Part shown: in pieces, positions 14,128 to 25,126 of the stretch
Position numbering within the stretch: the stretch's first letter is position 1
Layout: every line of letters begins with the position of its first letter
Assembly (NCBI GenBank): GCA_964252035.1
Contig: CAXUOO010000110.1
Origin: Podarcis erhardii
Taxonomy: Eukaryota
Length of the DNA stretch: 64,000 nucleotides
Strand: one strand, 5' to 3'
Program-made: the position numbers and the translations under genes
The notes under the pieces: model-generated
Database searches by the model: none
What the model was told of the DNA's origin: nothing
What the model saw: the letters and a program-made list of their open reading frames with translations, nothing else

Positions 14128-14425
14128 CCTGCGTTGAAAGTGAGTCTCCAAGTGGAAGTGCCTTGCAAAGGATTTTCCGCGGTGACGAGTGGCTCGATTT
14201 TTCCGCACATATAATTTGCACCAAAAATTGGTTGTTTAAAAGCAGCGTCTCTTATAAGATTCTGCACAATTCAATACATAAACACTATTCGATCAGATAC
14301 ATATGCATGTACATATAGTGTGTAGCCATTTATTCATATACATGTATATGTATATACATGATATCCTAGATACATTTTCAGATACATATACGTATGCATA
14401 TGTGATAACATATACAGATTCGTGT

Positions 14426-14463
<38 letters not shown>

Positions 14464-15107
14464 TTATCGCGGTTCGGAAGTGACTCCACAGATTAGGGAG
14501 AATGTCTTTGACTTCTTCGGGGAGCAATTTGAGGGTTTGATCCATAGCGCTGAAGCATTCTATGTGTATACATGTATATATATATATACATATATATAAT
14601 ATATACATTACTTCTTGTGGTGTGGATAAAAAATCAAAGGTTTTTGTGGCATTTAATTTTCAAACCACCGCTTTTAGCCAGTCGGTGTTCATATTGCGTC
14701 TTCTTTTACGAAAAAATGAAGAAACGACAGCAGTGTGTACCATTGTAGATATATGTAAATTTATATGTAGGCTGCCGAGCTCTTGATAGGCTTACTGGAG
14801 ATATGATAGATGCACCAATAACTTATCATTTATGAGTAAACAACAGACTTGTACAAAAACATATGGTACATACACTATATACATATGCATATACAAACGA
14901 ATGCATCAAGTCAACTTGGTACCCTACATACAAAATTTCTGAATAAATTCCACATGAATATAATATCACTACTGGTAATGCCGCAAGTATATATATATAT
15001 ATATATATATAACGCGTATAACTAGGACTATAAAACCTTGATGAAAATGTGTATACATGCTCTACTTGTGCATCCAGATTTGAGCACACAAGACATATAC
15101 AACCCTC

Positions 15108-15165
<58 letters not shown>

Positions 15166-16925
15166 GCAATGCGGAAATTTTGCTAGGGAGAAGTGATATA
15201 ATATACAGTGCTTCTGGCTTGAGTGAACAAGGTAAACAAGATACATGTAAAGACAAATGTACATTAAAGACATGACAATTGAAAGGCAATCTCTGACATA
15301 CTACCAAAAACAAAAATATATAATCATCTATCACGTATGATCGAGTGAACTTTTTCATTTTGGGTTTGCAACAATAGTAAATGTGAACTTACAAGAGGTA
15401 GTTCAAAAGAACTGAAATGCGTATGTTTGCTGATATCGCCTTTTTTCAAAAAAACAATGCGTTTACTACTTAAAAAGAACTTTCCACTTCCAGTCATTTT
15501 GCTGCGTGTGGCCACGCCACTCAGCGAAAAGTCGATATGTTCGCGCTTCAAAAAGAAAACTTCTCCTTCCGCCGGCAGTGGAAACATCTCTTCTGAACAA
15601 AACATACAACACCATTCTTCCCAAATACGTATAAACATAGATGCGTATATATATATATATGCACTTGTGTGTACATATTCTATCTGTATAGAAGTTAGAG
15701 GAGCTGCAGCGATAGCAACAAATGCTTAGGTACATCATACAATTCACATAGTTTAAGCGCCGACAGCAGCAAGGATAATACAGCAGCGGAATTTTAAAAA
15801 TACTCTGCGAGACACCATCAAAGAGAGAGAGAAAAAGAAGCTATATCTACACCAAAGGTACGCATAAATTTATACATGTATATGTTGCGGCAGTTCTGGC
15901 AGAAGTGTAACTTTCAAACAGGACAAAACATAACAGGCAGACTTAAACAAGAGAAACACCAGGAACCAGCAGCAGCAGCAGCAGCAACGAATATCTGGAA
16001 TATGCAAAAAGCTACCAAGAAAGGCGAATATTGTGGAAACTGAGACCAGCCACAGCAGCAGAAAAACGCTGCAGAAGCTATTCTTTGAAATGCTTCTCTA
16101 CCCAAAGCAGGCTATACAGTCACCACAAATAAGCAATAAGTCAATACGATTAGGATCGTTACAACAGCCAGAGCCATATTCTTGCTCAAGCAGCAGCAGC
16201 TACTACGGTTGAAACCCGAGTTCTATTGAGCAAAAGGGAATCACAGCAATGCTATATTGCTAGCAAGTCTTAGCAGCATGAAGAAAACAGGTAGCATTCC
16301 AGACATAATGGCCTTTTAACACATGAGAAAAGCAGCAGCACCGCTGTACTAAAGAAGCAGCAGTCGTACACAGCAGCAATAGTGTAACTTAAGAAAGCAG
16401 CAGTACTGAAACAGCAAAGCAAGCAATATACATGGAGAAGCAGCGCTGCCTCATCACCTGCAAAAAAAACGATATTTAGAGACCTCGATTTCAAGGAACA
16501 ACAGAAAGTAGTAAGAGCCGCAAATGTCCATAAAAGCAAGAGAAAAATCACAGGAACTGCAGCACGAAAGTGACAATTATAAAATCCACTTATCTTTCTA
16601 GCTCAGGCGCATCAGTAATCTTATCTGAGCAGTAATTGTTTTCTCATAGCAGCAACGGCGGGAGCTACACCACATCACATAGTAGCACCATAAATAAGCA
16701 GCAGAAGCAATATCACATAACAAAGCAACACCATAGCATACAAGCAACAGCAAATCGTTGCAGCAGCTGCGCCAGCAGTACTGCAGTGGGATCAGGAAAA
16801 ATCAGAAGCAGAAACGTTGAAACCGTGAAGCAGCAGCGCTTTTAAACGAGAAGTCGCAGCAAAATGACGAAAATTACTAATTTACTTGATATAGAGTCTT
16901 TCGCCAGCAGCGGATTGATCGCCAT
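10542..16925 (-). CDS. WBP2: WW-domain-binding protein 2 (WBP2/WBP2NL-PAWP family)-like protein: GRAM/PH-like domain plus Pro/Tyr/Gly-rich tail, 379 aa
   Basis: Seven exons with canonical GT-AG and consistent phases: 16925-16886 (MAINPLLAKDSIS), 15592-15393 (EMFPLPAEGEVFFLKREHIDF...GKFFLSSKRIVF...FSSFELPL), 14261-14129 (NLIRDAAFKQPIFGANYMCGKIEP...WRLTFNA), 13715-13647 (GGCGTFLNVFFKLW), 12442-12405, 11938-11854 (AAFSDPNDPSTIYVTQP), 11116-10542 (APPYG/PPPHG repeats). Total 1140 nt = 380 codons. MAxNP, QPIFGANY, F..GGC and DPNDPS are family hallmarks. The last acceptor is the least certain. Confidence 0.9.
10800..10985 (-). repeat. 24-bp in-frame tandem repeat encoding GAG(F/S)(A/P)PP(Y/H)
   Basis: Plus-strand units ctccataaggaggagcagaaccag and ccccatgaggtggtggaaaaccag in the last exon of the WBP2-like gene. 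Confidence 0.85.
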
Positions 16926-17090
16926 GTTGTAAAAAATGTATTCTCTGTCAAGTCAAAGTTTACATCAGAGAGATATACTTGTATAAATTTATAAGGAGAT
17001 GTTCAAAACGCAAAACTGCTGATGAGGGACCGGATAAGCAGGAAAGATTTCTTCAATCTAACTGGAGGAAAGAAAGAGAAAGAGCGTATC

Positions 17091-17166
<76 letters not shown>

Positions 17167-17565
17167 TAATCCGTTGTGAACTTTATGAAGAATTCGTTGT
17201 AAAGTCAAGTTCTCAGGAGAGACCAGGCTTATACGAAAGAGAAGCAATTTCTGAATAAAAATGGCATTAAAAACAAAGGATTGTTTACGCAGAGACGGGT
17301 TCCCCAGTGCGAGTTGAAAATAACATAGGAGAAAATCAAAGCAATGGCAACCTAGAACCACACAGCGTAGTTGACAGGTTCAAAAAGGAAAGGCAGAAGA
17401 GCAGTAACAAATATTTACGAGAAAAATATCAGACTTCACATTAAGCAGCTGTTTGTGCAGAAATTGACAGCTCCGAAGCTGCTTTGTACTGTTATAGAGA
17501 GCTCAAATGCTTGATTGGTTGAATCGAAACTGGAAAGAGTGATACAAAGACAAAACATCCACAAA

Positions 17566-20500
17566 ATGGTGAAGTTGAAAGATATCAATAGAATTATTTT
17601 AGAAGCAGGTCTTCATGAGAAACGATTGAGAATTGAAGTAAGATAAAATCTAAAAATGATACAGAAATGAAAAAAGGTCCATCCTAGTCTATAAAACAGC
17701 AGCTAGACATGTTGAGGATCAGCGTTCGTTCAAGAGAACTGGAAAACGAAAACACGATGCTTTTACATTAGCGGCGGAAGGCAGAAAAAGTTTGCCCAGC
17801 TCATGAATTCAGTATGAGGACTCCATTCATGCAAAAATGGATCATTTATACAGCGTTGCGTTTCAGTAAATACATATATATATATATATATATATATACA
17901 TATTTAGAAACGGAATATATTCAAACCATTGCGTTTCAGCAAATACATAAATATATATATATATATATTTATGGACAGAGGAGCAAATTAGCTTACGCTT
18001 TCTTGACCTAACGAGCACAGAACTGGCCGGTACTTAAAGTATTACACTTGGAAAAATAAGGCTGTCGCGAAGAAAAAGTAGTTTGTTTACTTAAATTACA
18101 TTTGAGTAAAGCTTTGAAACATTAAAAACGAAGTCTGCACACATGCGTTGAATGTTTATGAGAGAAGCATCATAGACGCACAAGTTACGAAGTGAAGGAG
18201 TGGAATTGTGAGAAAAAGGCGGTATGAGATAAGAAGACGCCGTAGGATGTGACAAGGGAGAAAAGAAAAGTGAAAAGAGGCTTTGAAAAACCTGTTTGGA
18301 TTTGCCTGTAGACTACACGTGTTGCATTAAGTCCGGAAGTTGTAGGCTCAATAATACATAGTTAAGGATATATAGTTGGTAAAGATAGATAAGACACAGT
18401 ACCGAGAAATAGAGATCTACTGATACAAAGAGAAAGTACGAGAAAAAGTACACGTATACCGCGACGTAGTTTACGTCCCAAATTTGAAAAATCACCTTTA
18501 CTCAAAAACAACAAAATTCCTAATGTGGTGCATGTCAATACAAACGCTGATGCAGCTGAAAATTTGAAAAGAGCTTTTGTATATGTGTAAGAAACAACTA
18601 CTTCTAGAGTGTTATTCTGCAACCAGCTGTGAGCTATCGCTACCGCTGCTGTGGTTGCAGCCGTCGCTGTTGCCGTTGATGCCACTGGTGTTTCTCCGGC
18701 GCTTCAGAAGAGTGAGAGAGCAAGGTCAGGAAACTCACTGTGCGGAAATTACTCCTCTCGCAGTTTTCGAAATCGGGTGCGAGCATTCTCGAATTTTGTT
18801 GGAAAATTCAAGGAGAGTGTACACCTGCGTGCATCAGTCATATTACATTTTTGAAAAAACTACGTATTTGCCCTTGAGGTGATTGACGCACTCGTCGGGG
18901 TCCCCTTATATACAAGCAGTTTCCTTTGTGATATTGAACTGTTTGTTTACCGCGTAATGAAAATCACAATCACGATATAAGAGATGTAATGTGTGCGACC
19001 TACGCACAATGCCTTCAACATTTCCATGTCGCCGATCCGAAGGTAAATAACCCGAGTGCACCAGCATCACGATAGAGAATACATGGTCATTTTCATCTTG
19101 GGAAAACATGTATACAGATTTGATGGATCAAGCAGCAAAAGAATCATCACTTCTCTAGCTGCTGTTTTTGAGTACTCAAGATCTTCTGATTTTTATTACT
19201 AAATAACCCGAGTGCGCTAGCATCACGAGAGAAAATACATGATCATTTTCACCTTGGGAGAACTTATATACAGATTTGATGGATCAAGTAGCAAAAGAAT
19301 CATCACTTCTCTAGCTGCTGTTTTTGAGTACTCAGGATATCCTAATTTTTATCTCTAAAGAATTGCGATTCTTCTTACATGGTACACAAATATTTCGTTT
19401 TTTTTTCATTCGTTCTACAATGGTCTACTCTTGTATTTTTGAAAATATACGTATATATGTGCAAATACATCTGTATATAGGTGTTAGTATTTACAGTTCT
19501 ACCGCAGTTTTTACATATGCTTGCACATTTTGAAGTGACGCATCTACTCGTGGAAAAGGAAAGACACTAAATCGCCGTAAGTATTGAGCTACATTTGTCT
19601 GACCAGTAGCGGAGCTGAGACAATGGTCGTGAACTCGCACCTTTTGAAAGAGGCTATCTTATGTGGAGAAATTATGAGGGTAGTTTAAAAATCGGAATCC
19701 TTATGCTCTCAGTCCGTGGCTCTTGATCAAGAGGACAAAACTCACTATCTAGGTATGACATAGACAAATAAAAAATACATGTATGTTTGTATGTATATAG
19801 ATGTACATTTAAAAAATCAATTTAGAAAGCTCCGTTACTTTCGCACCTCTCCTTCACGCCTGCTTTTAATACAGAAGCGAAAAGTCGTATATATTTTCTG
19901 AATCAATCAACAGCTGGTATTCAGAGTTTAATTTATGAAGTGGACGCATATATATTATATATATGTGTAAAAATGTGTATATACATATACAAACACATAC
20001 GTTACTGATTTGTAGTTCTCCAGAGTTTAATATGAATATATTACTGTACATTGCATGCCAAAATTAAAGGGTTGCGGATTTTAGCTTCGAGAACCCTGTC
20101 TGAATGAGAAATTTATCGTCAAAGTCCATCCAACATTTGCAATACTAATGTTTGATATTCGGGTAAAGCTGATTATTAGCGAAACATGTTGTCCGTGACT
20201 AGCACATCTTTTTCTCCGTCATCAACACATGTATGCTCTGTAGAAACTTCTAAGGAAGTATACAGTCTCATATGCACGTGCTTCTAATTTCGTAGCAACC
20301 ATCATTTCATAAACACATAGCCTGACCTACTAAACATATACGTAGCAAGAAAAATATTGTAGGGATGTGAATGCTCCTCCCCTCAGCTTCCGAGTGTCTT
20401 GACAGATTGATGGCGAACAGCATAAGAAGCTGGCAGGAATTAATTGAGCGCGAAAGACTACCTTGTCAGAAGAACTAATAAAGCTGAAAACACTTCTGGA

Positions 20501-21493
20501 AAAGTCGGCAGCCTATATAAATAGCTAACGGGGGCGTCAAATTCAACGAATGTATTCGCCAGTTTGTAGTTTTTTGCTGTAGCCGGGCTAATACATATAA
20601 TAACAAGCAATTTTGAAGTACTCACTGCCAAAATTGCAGATCAATTGCTTTCGACAGTAGGTCATATATGTATACGCACAAGGTGCACGACAAGAATCTG
20701 GTAAGTGCTACTAGCGTCTAACGCAATACTTTGGGGCTCAGGGATTTTATCATTGTGAGTAGCTGCACATTCGCCGTACATTCACATATATATGTATATA
20801 TGTGTATATGCATGTATGCCTGGGTAGAGCGGAAACAGCCATTCAGTCGTTGCACGTATCTGCCCCCAAAACTGTATTCATACGTATGTATATACATACA
20901 TAGATACATACGTATATGTAAATTTTCACGTATATGCAGAGTCTACATTCACACGTGTTATATAATACCCTTAAAATTTGTGTATGCAACTTGCTAAACT
21001 CGTGCTTTTGGCTGGGTTGATCAGAATTCCCGTGCATACCATTCCGGAAAGTGATTATTCAAATTGCAACATATAGATGACTGCGACTTCGCGTCATATG
21101 GAGGAACGATGACAACGTTATCCGGTGTATATTTCCTTAGCACCACGAATACTGTAATGTCAAAGAGTGATTTACAAGTCCGTTGAGTCGCTGTGCAAAT
21201 GGCAGGTCGGCTAGCTGTTGATCTGTCAAATAATCTGCATTACTAACGATAATAAAGTCACTTTGTCGGAAGATAAAAACTTTATTCAGCGTAACTACTT
21301 CTTTGTGAGCACTAAGACGCTGATTCCGGATGTGCGGGCAGCTGTTCAGAAATCCATCATCCTCCACAGACACGTCCGTGTACGTATGGTGGTGCATAAT
21401 CAGAACATCCCTTCCTTTTAAATAAAGGACTTTTGTGCTGTGATATCTTAGCGGTCTGTTGACGCGAGTCTGTAATATGTTACGGCGGTGTAT

Positions 21494-21531
<38 letters not shown>

Positions 21532-21590
21532 TATCGGCAGAAATCTAGCGTGACACACGCTCGACATCGATCGAGTCGGGCTGCGGCGGC
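17566..21590 (+). CDS. Candidate multi-exon hypothetical gene; structure not resolved
   Basis: Several short open segments bounded by AG/GT: MVKLKDINRIILEAGLHEKRLRIE|gtaaga (17566 on), FDGSSSKRIITSLAAVF (19118-19171 and 19274-19327), DASTRGKGKTLNR (19536-19576), and ITNDNKVTLSEDKNFIQRNYFFVSTKTLIPDVRAAVQKSIILHRHV (about 21.2-21.4 kb). No recognisable domain and no complete phase chain. Confidence 0.3.
19044..19355. repeat. Direct tandem duplication, 2 x 156 bp, about 90% identical
   Basis: taaataacccgagtgc... starts at 19044 and again at 19200. Confidence 0.92.
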
Positions 21591-23303
21591 TGTTTCTTAG
21601 GGCGCACACGCCCTCTTGATCGCCAGTAGACAATATTACGCGTGTGAATTTATTTTTAGCACTTTCACATATACACATCAGGCGTAGGTTTGAAAAGGTA
21701 ATCTTGTCATTAATGACTCTCTTCGTCAAAGTCCTAGGGTTCGTTGTTAGGTAGAGAAACTCGGTCGCAACAGAATGACGCACACTTCCTGAGCATACTG
21801 CTAACGTCGATTCCTGATACACTCCTTTTGCCGCTGTGTATAACGTTCCAAGTTCCACCCTTGAGATTGAAAAATCGTTTGGGTTGCGAAATTCTTACTG
21901 CTTCTCTCTTGGCGAATGCGTCAGTCCTGCAGCACTGCGATTGATTGATTTCACTGAAGACTTTTTCCGAACGTGTAAACTAAATATCTGCAGCTAATAT
22001 AGCGGATCCGGCACGGCTTGCCGTACTTTACCGTAACTCTCCTATGAGCCAGTATCACATTTTACTGATCAAGTATGATATTGGTGTTTGCAAATTTTGT
22101 GACTGATCCGGTTCAGGTGTACTTCTGTGCTGGTATTGACGGCAAACGAGGCTGCATACCGCTAGATGTCATTTATTAGTGATATGCGGTATAGCCATTT
22201 TCTAACTTTGCATTAATACTTTTGACATATTCTCACATTGAACTGCTCATAGTGCGCGTTTGCTGCATTTAGTGTGTTACAAACGATTCCAGTCATTGCC
22301 CGCCATGAAGACTCTATCACTTCCCCTAGCTAATTTCGCAATGCTATTTGAATTCCTTTTCGCAAATTCCTGCTATATTCGCGTGTTTTTATGGTAGGCA
22401 ACACATTGTATATCTCCAAACTAGTCGCTTTCGTTTTGCATTATACAGCTGTGTGGGTTCAAACTGATTTATTCTCGATCTTGAATTACCTTGAAAACTG
22501 TCTGCAACTTTTTTCTATCCATACCTTCGGTAAAGACAGTATGGTAGTTAAAATTTCACGAAGCGGCTTACGATTGCTTCGCTATCCAAACAGGACAAAT
22601 GCGAGTAGTTTAATAGGTTTGGATGTATTTCGTTTTACAAGCTCTCCAGCTCTTCAACGCTCATGCAGCCATCTTCCATATGGTGATGCTATATGGCTGA
22701 AAAATGCTCCTGTTTGTACACCATACCTCTCGCACGTTTTTCACTTCCACTGATAAGATCTGGAATATAGTACAGCGCCTTACCTTGAATTGAAAGCTTA
22801 GCTTCATGCTTATATATTTGTGGAGTTCCTGCCTCATAGAACTCTACCCATATTCTATTGAGGCTCAACTACTGATGCTCCGAAAATATTGAAATATCAA
22901 CATCTCTGCTCTGCAATATCTGCATATATGTTCATGTAAATATATATATATATATATATACACACTAGCTACAAGTGTTTTCATTTTACATATACACGCA
23001 AGTAAGGTTATGCTGTAAAGATTTAAAAGCGATTTTTACATAAACTTAAATGACTGCGAAACGCATGGTGCACTAATGTGAAGCAACTTAAAATAACAAT
23101 ATTTGCTACATATATAAAGAGCAGATCAGTCAATTGCTCAGCTTTCTATGTACATCGAGTATCTGTCTCAGCGGTTATCCAAATAGAAAACTCGTTGTAC
23201 CAGTAGATGCGCTTGAAGAAACAGAAATTTTCAATGCACCTGTTGATGGGTAGATTATTCTCTCCAGCTTGTGAATCAGAAAAAGATGAACATGTAAAAT
23301 ACG

Positions 23304-23334
<31 letters not shown>

Positions 23335-24310
23335 GTATACAATTGTACTTATACTGCAGAACCAAAAACACAAATCAGTCATCCCTATCAAAAGCCGTCT
23401 TCCTTCAACGAAATTATATACAAAAAGTTGGTGAAATGAAATGCTTGCTCTTCTTCTCTTCAGATATATGTGCTTTCCTGAATTTTCACAAACCTTTGCT
23501 TTTCTGTCTATACGTGTGCCTGCCATCGCCACATGTTAACATGTTCGGTTTACTTTCTGAGATTCTTCCTCTCCTATATCTTTTCGTCCTCGTATATATC
23601 TTTTGTTTTCGCTCCATCCATCTTCGCTTGAACCGTTCACATTCTGTAGATCGTTGGCTCCTCTTTTCTTCGTCTGATTTTCATATTTTGCTCTTGTTGG
23701 TCATTTCATTTTCTTTCTGTACCTCTTCTTGTCCTGTGTCTACGTTTTCCTCCTCCTCTCCTTTTTTCCTACCATCTTCATTACTTCCTTCCAGCTGATG
23801 TTCCAATGAAACTAAGTCGTGTGCTCAGTTTCATGTCATGACGCTTCGCTGGTCCTTCCTCCCTTCTTCCTCATCTCAATTTTAATTTCCGTCGTGCACT
23901 CCTTTTTTCGTCTCTTCTCTTTATTTCACCGTGTAGGTAGGACCGTTTTCGGCGTGCCGGCCTTTGTTCGTTCCCTCATCTACGTTTATCTTTGATACCT
24001 CGTTTGCTTTTCTTTCTTCGTGGCCTTGCACCCACTCCTTTCATTTCAACCTTGCGAACGTGACCTGGTCTTTCTTCTTTCGAGAGATTTTGTTTCTTCT
24101 TACTTGCCTCTTCAATATTGTTCATCTCCTTTCCTGTTCTTTGTCTTGGGGGGTTTCACTCTGCTTCTCTTTCTTCTTCTTCTTCTTCTTCTTCTTCTCC
24201 TTCTTCTTCTTCTTCCTCTCCTCTCTGTCAACTTAGCTTTATTCTTACCTTCTATCTTTGTGGTTCGTTTCTTTCTTTTTGCCTGGTAAAAATCTTTCAC
24301 TTTTTTCCTA

Positions 24311-25075
24311 ATGGCTGTGCTGCTGCGTGAAGTCCTGAGCGAGCGTCTAGCTTCTCTTGGCGAGTGTCTAGACATCGCGAAAGAAAGGGCTCTTCTTCAC
24401 TGTTCTCTAAATGTAAACGCAACAACGTCTCCCTTTTTCCTCCAACTTTTCAACGCTGGACGTTTCCACCTCTGCACTGCTGCTGCCGCTGCTGCTACTG
24501 CCTCTAATGCTCCTGCTGCTGGAACTATTGCCGCAGCAGCCGCTGCAGCTACAAATGGGGCCTCAGCAGGGACAGAAAAATCAGAACGAATCGATAATGG
24601 AGAAGACGAAAAAGCAGCTAGTAATGCGGAGATTGGTCTAGGAGCATTTGTGGTCTAGGAGCATTTGCTAGTGCTGCCGCTCCAGAAGCGGCTCTTACAG
24701 TTGGGGCAAGTGGTGCTGCTCCTCCTGGTTTACGCAAGCGGTGTGACCGTCTCCGAGGATATCTAGTGGCATGTATACTGGATGATATCAATCTATCAGA
24801 TGTTTTTTCTTGCCTGAGAATTGAGGAGTTGCTAGAGTGCTGTTATCAGCAACCTTCTATCACCCTGCAAGCTGCGATTATTGCTGCTATGCTTGGTAAC
24901 AATCTCCATACCGACATACCGTGAAGCAGCAGAAGGAAAGTGCTTGCGGGGATGCAACACGTATCTAAAAACATTCATATACATGTGTACATATATATGT
25001 ATATGTGTATTCCTGAATCGACAAATATAAAACTTGTAAGCTCTTCTCATACAGTAGACGTAGACGTGTGGTGAT

Positions 25076-25126
<51 letters not shown>

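Noticed and set aside
18382-18480. Alveolin/IMC-like text KIDKTQYREIEIY*YKEKVREKVHVYRDVVYVP
   Set aside because: It has an in-frame stop, is a single short stretch and has no splice support
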